From the NCBI GenBank assembly GCA_036172245.1, contig JAYWIR010000037.1, positions 806,001 to 870,000 of the forward strand: 64,000 nucleotides of DNA. The letters are read 5' to 3'. Below the pieces are notes generated by a model that saw only the letters and a list, made by a program, of their open reading frames with translations, was not told the DNA's origin and made no database searches. Below are positions 61,888-64,000 of this stretch, piece after piece (position 1 is the first letter of the stretch; each line of letters starts with the position of its first letter). Both the position numbers and the translations under genes were made by a program. This stretch comes from Raillietiella orientalis. Lineage: Eukaryota.

Positions 61888-64000
61888 CTATATAAAAAGA
61901 AAGTTAACATTTTACATTTAGAAGAATTACTAAGACTTGCTGATAAGGCAGGGGAGGAAGGGGTGAAAAAAATTTATTCACGCAAATAGCCTTTTTTTTC
62001 ACTGAATTGTAATCACAAACATAGAAACTGCAGTTATGTCAAGAATGTGCTGCGATAAATAAGATTTTGCATACTCAAATCAGTAAACACAAATTTTTGA
62101 TTTACACCTGCAGCTAATTTAGAAAAATGCATAAATCCCTTAACATGATACTACAAGATTATATCCGTTCTCCTTGAAGAAAAGCACTTTCTTTTACTTT
62201 TTTCTGCATTGGCATATTTGACTGTGCCTATGTGAATGTGCATCTACACCTTAGGCATTTAATATGTTCTGTTTTCACATTCTTCAGGAATTATATCATG
62301 TTTAATATACTGCATACATCTGTAATTGGAGTAATCCTTTGATCATTGCTGTCAGTCAATTTTCATCATATCTCCAAAATAGCGTTTTCTTAATCATGAT
62401 ATGTAAATCAAATAATCACCTTTTACTGTTTAAAAAAAAAAAAAAAAAAAAGGAGGAAAAAAAAAAAAGAAAAAAAAACAGAACCGAAGGCAAAAAACTT
62501 GAATTCAACTGGTACGTAGTCACAAATTTGAGATAAAGAAGTGGACACTTTTTTTAGTAACAGCAGCAGGATTAGGAGAAATAAAGGTGGTTTTATTTAA
62601 TGGCATTGTTTCCATAGGCCTTAAACCTTCACTCATTCAGTGAAAATCACTTTTCAGTTACTGCTCATTTGGATTTGAAGCAAGAATGGTCATGCTGGAT
62701 TCTAGCTGTGAAATATAACTTTATGTTGGGATAATATCCATAGAGTCTTTTATAACTCTAGCACTTTACGAATTTTGTTTCATCAGAACCGTTGCATCAG
62801 ACTTCAACATGACTTTGAATGGCAAGTATTTGATCTGAATTATTCGCTTGTTTGTTTATAAAAACTGACACAGATACGATGAAGCGATGTTGAGATGCTT
62901 TCATTTCCCATATATAACTGTAAGTAAAATGCTCCTCTATGTAACTGCTATGACTTTTAAAATCAGTCTGATAGCTGAAGAAAACAGTGAAATTTTTATA
63001 CTTTTCTCTTCTGGTGTGTTTTTTAAAATTGACAAAAGGAAGTTTTCTTTTCCCTCAATGAATATTATTCTGGTTAACATGTGTCTGACCTTCAGTCATT
63101 TTGTAGTGACTTACCCACAACTGCCTTCAAATTACTATCTGTATATCGAAAAATTTACAGTGAGTAATACTCTGTCCTGTTTGTCTGTCATGACTTTTGT
63201 GTTACATCATCTCCATAAATCCTAAGCATTAATCCTTGTCCGAAATTTCAAGGTCAAATAATTGCATTTATTCTCCTTATCATGGATCTGGTGGTGGAAG
63301 AGTATGTTCATTCGGTTAACTTGGTTAACCATCTATGGCTAAAATGTAGCTGTCACATTTTGAAACTTGGTTGCAAAGCAATATAGAATAAAAGAGAAAC
63401 ACGGAGGGAAAAACACACATGCAAAAATCACGTAATTTACTCTTTCTATCAGTACTTGTCTTGATAAAAATCCAAACACCAAAAATTGAAATTCAACTGC
63501 ATAGATATATATTCCTGTTCATTGTTTGAATTCAAATTGAAATCGACGTGCATCGCTTTCATGAAATTCTTGAAATTTACATAAATGTCATTACTATAAT
63601 CAAGTATTTAGATGGCTGCTCATTCTGATTGCCCTTCAATCTGGGGCTATTCCTTTCTGCCCTTTTTCTATTCCTGGAAGTGGGATTAAACTTCAAATCT
63701 CGTTAAAAGATGGAATTTTCTGTGGATTTAATTACACAATTGAATTATAACATTTTAATTCTATTTAGATTTCTGACCAAATGCCCATTTTTGTTTCAGC
63801 AGTTCTTATTTTCGTTCAAGAATACATTTTAAAATGTAAAGCTTTCATTTTTTTGAAACAAGTTTTCCTTGCTTCCATGTCCTCATTGCAATAATTGTTG
63901 CTTTCTATTTTTTTTCTTCAATTCTAGAATTTCCATCATAAACCTTAGATTTTCAAGACTTTTTTTTTATCTTTTGTAGTTACTGACTTCATGAAGATTA

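Noticed and set aside
62100..64000. Upstream ARID4 exons
   Set aside because: Minus-strand frames I tried are interrupted by stops, and no ARID, Tudor or chromo motif was seen; left unresolved

Overview
Eukaryotic genomic DNA, probably an arthropod-like invertebrate (inferred from the genes and the 45-65 nt introns), in two sharply different halves. (1) About 0.6-47.5 kb is a GC- and CpG-rich island (by eye roughly 55-60% GC) made almost entirely of short, degenerate, mixed-orientation fragments of L1/Tx1-type non-LTR retrotransposons. Recognisable parts are ORF1 with CCHC knuckles, APE endonuclease, RT/thumb and zf-RVT. No intact element is present, and most ORFs in the track here are antisense or frameshifted shadows. 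Many fragments are 5'-truncated 3' ends that share a structured 3'UTR ending in AATAAA plus a CCCGG/CCGGG hairpin, with no poly(A). Four copies of a tRNA-headed SINE-like element carrying an array of hairpin modules are interspersed; one copy has three nested LINE insertions with candidate target-site duplications. (2) About 48-64 kb is AT-rich host DNA with two minus-strand spliced genes: a divergent CENP-N (Chl4/Mis15)-like gene and the 3' part of an ARID4A/B (hat-trick)-like gene. It also holds an exact 3x102 bp tandem repeat. All calls come from reading motifs by eye; TE fragment boundaries are approximate.
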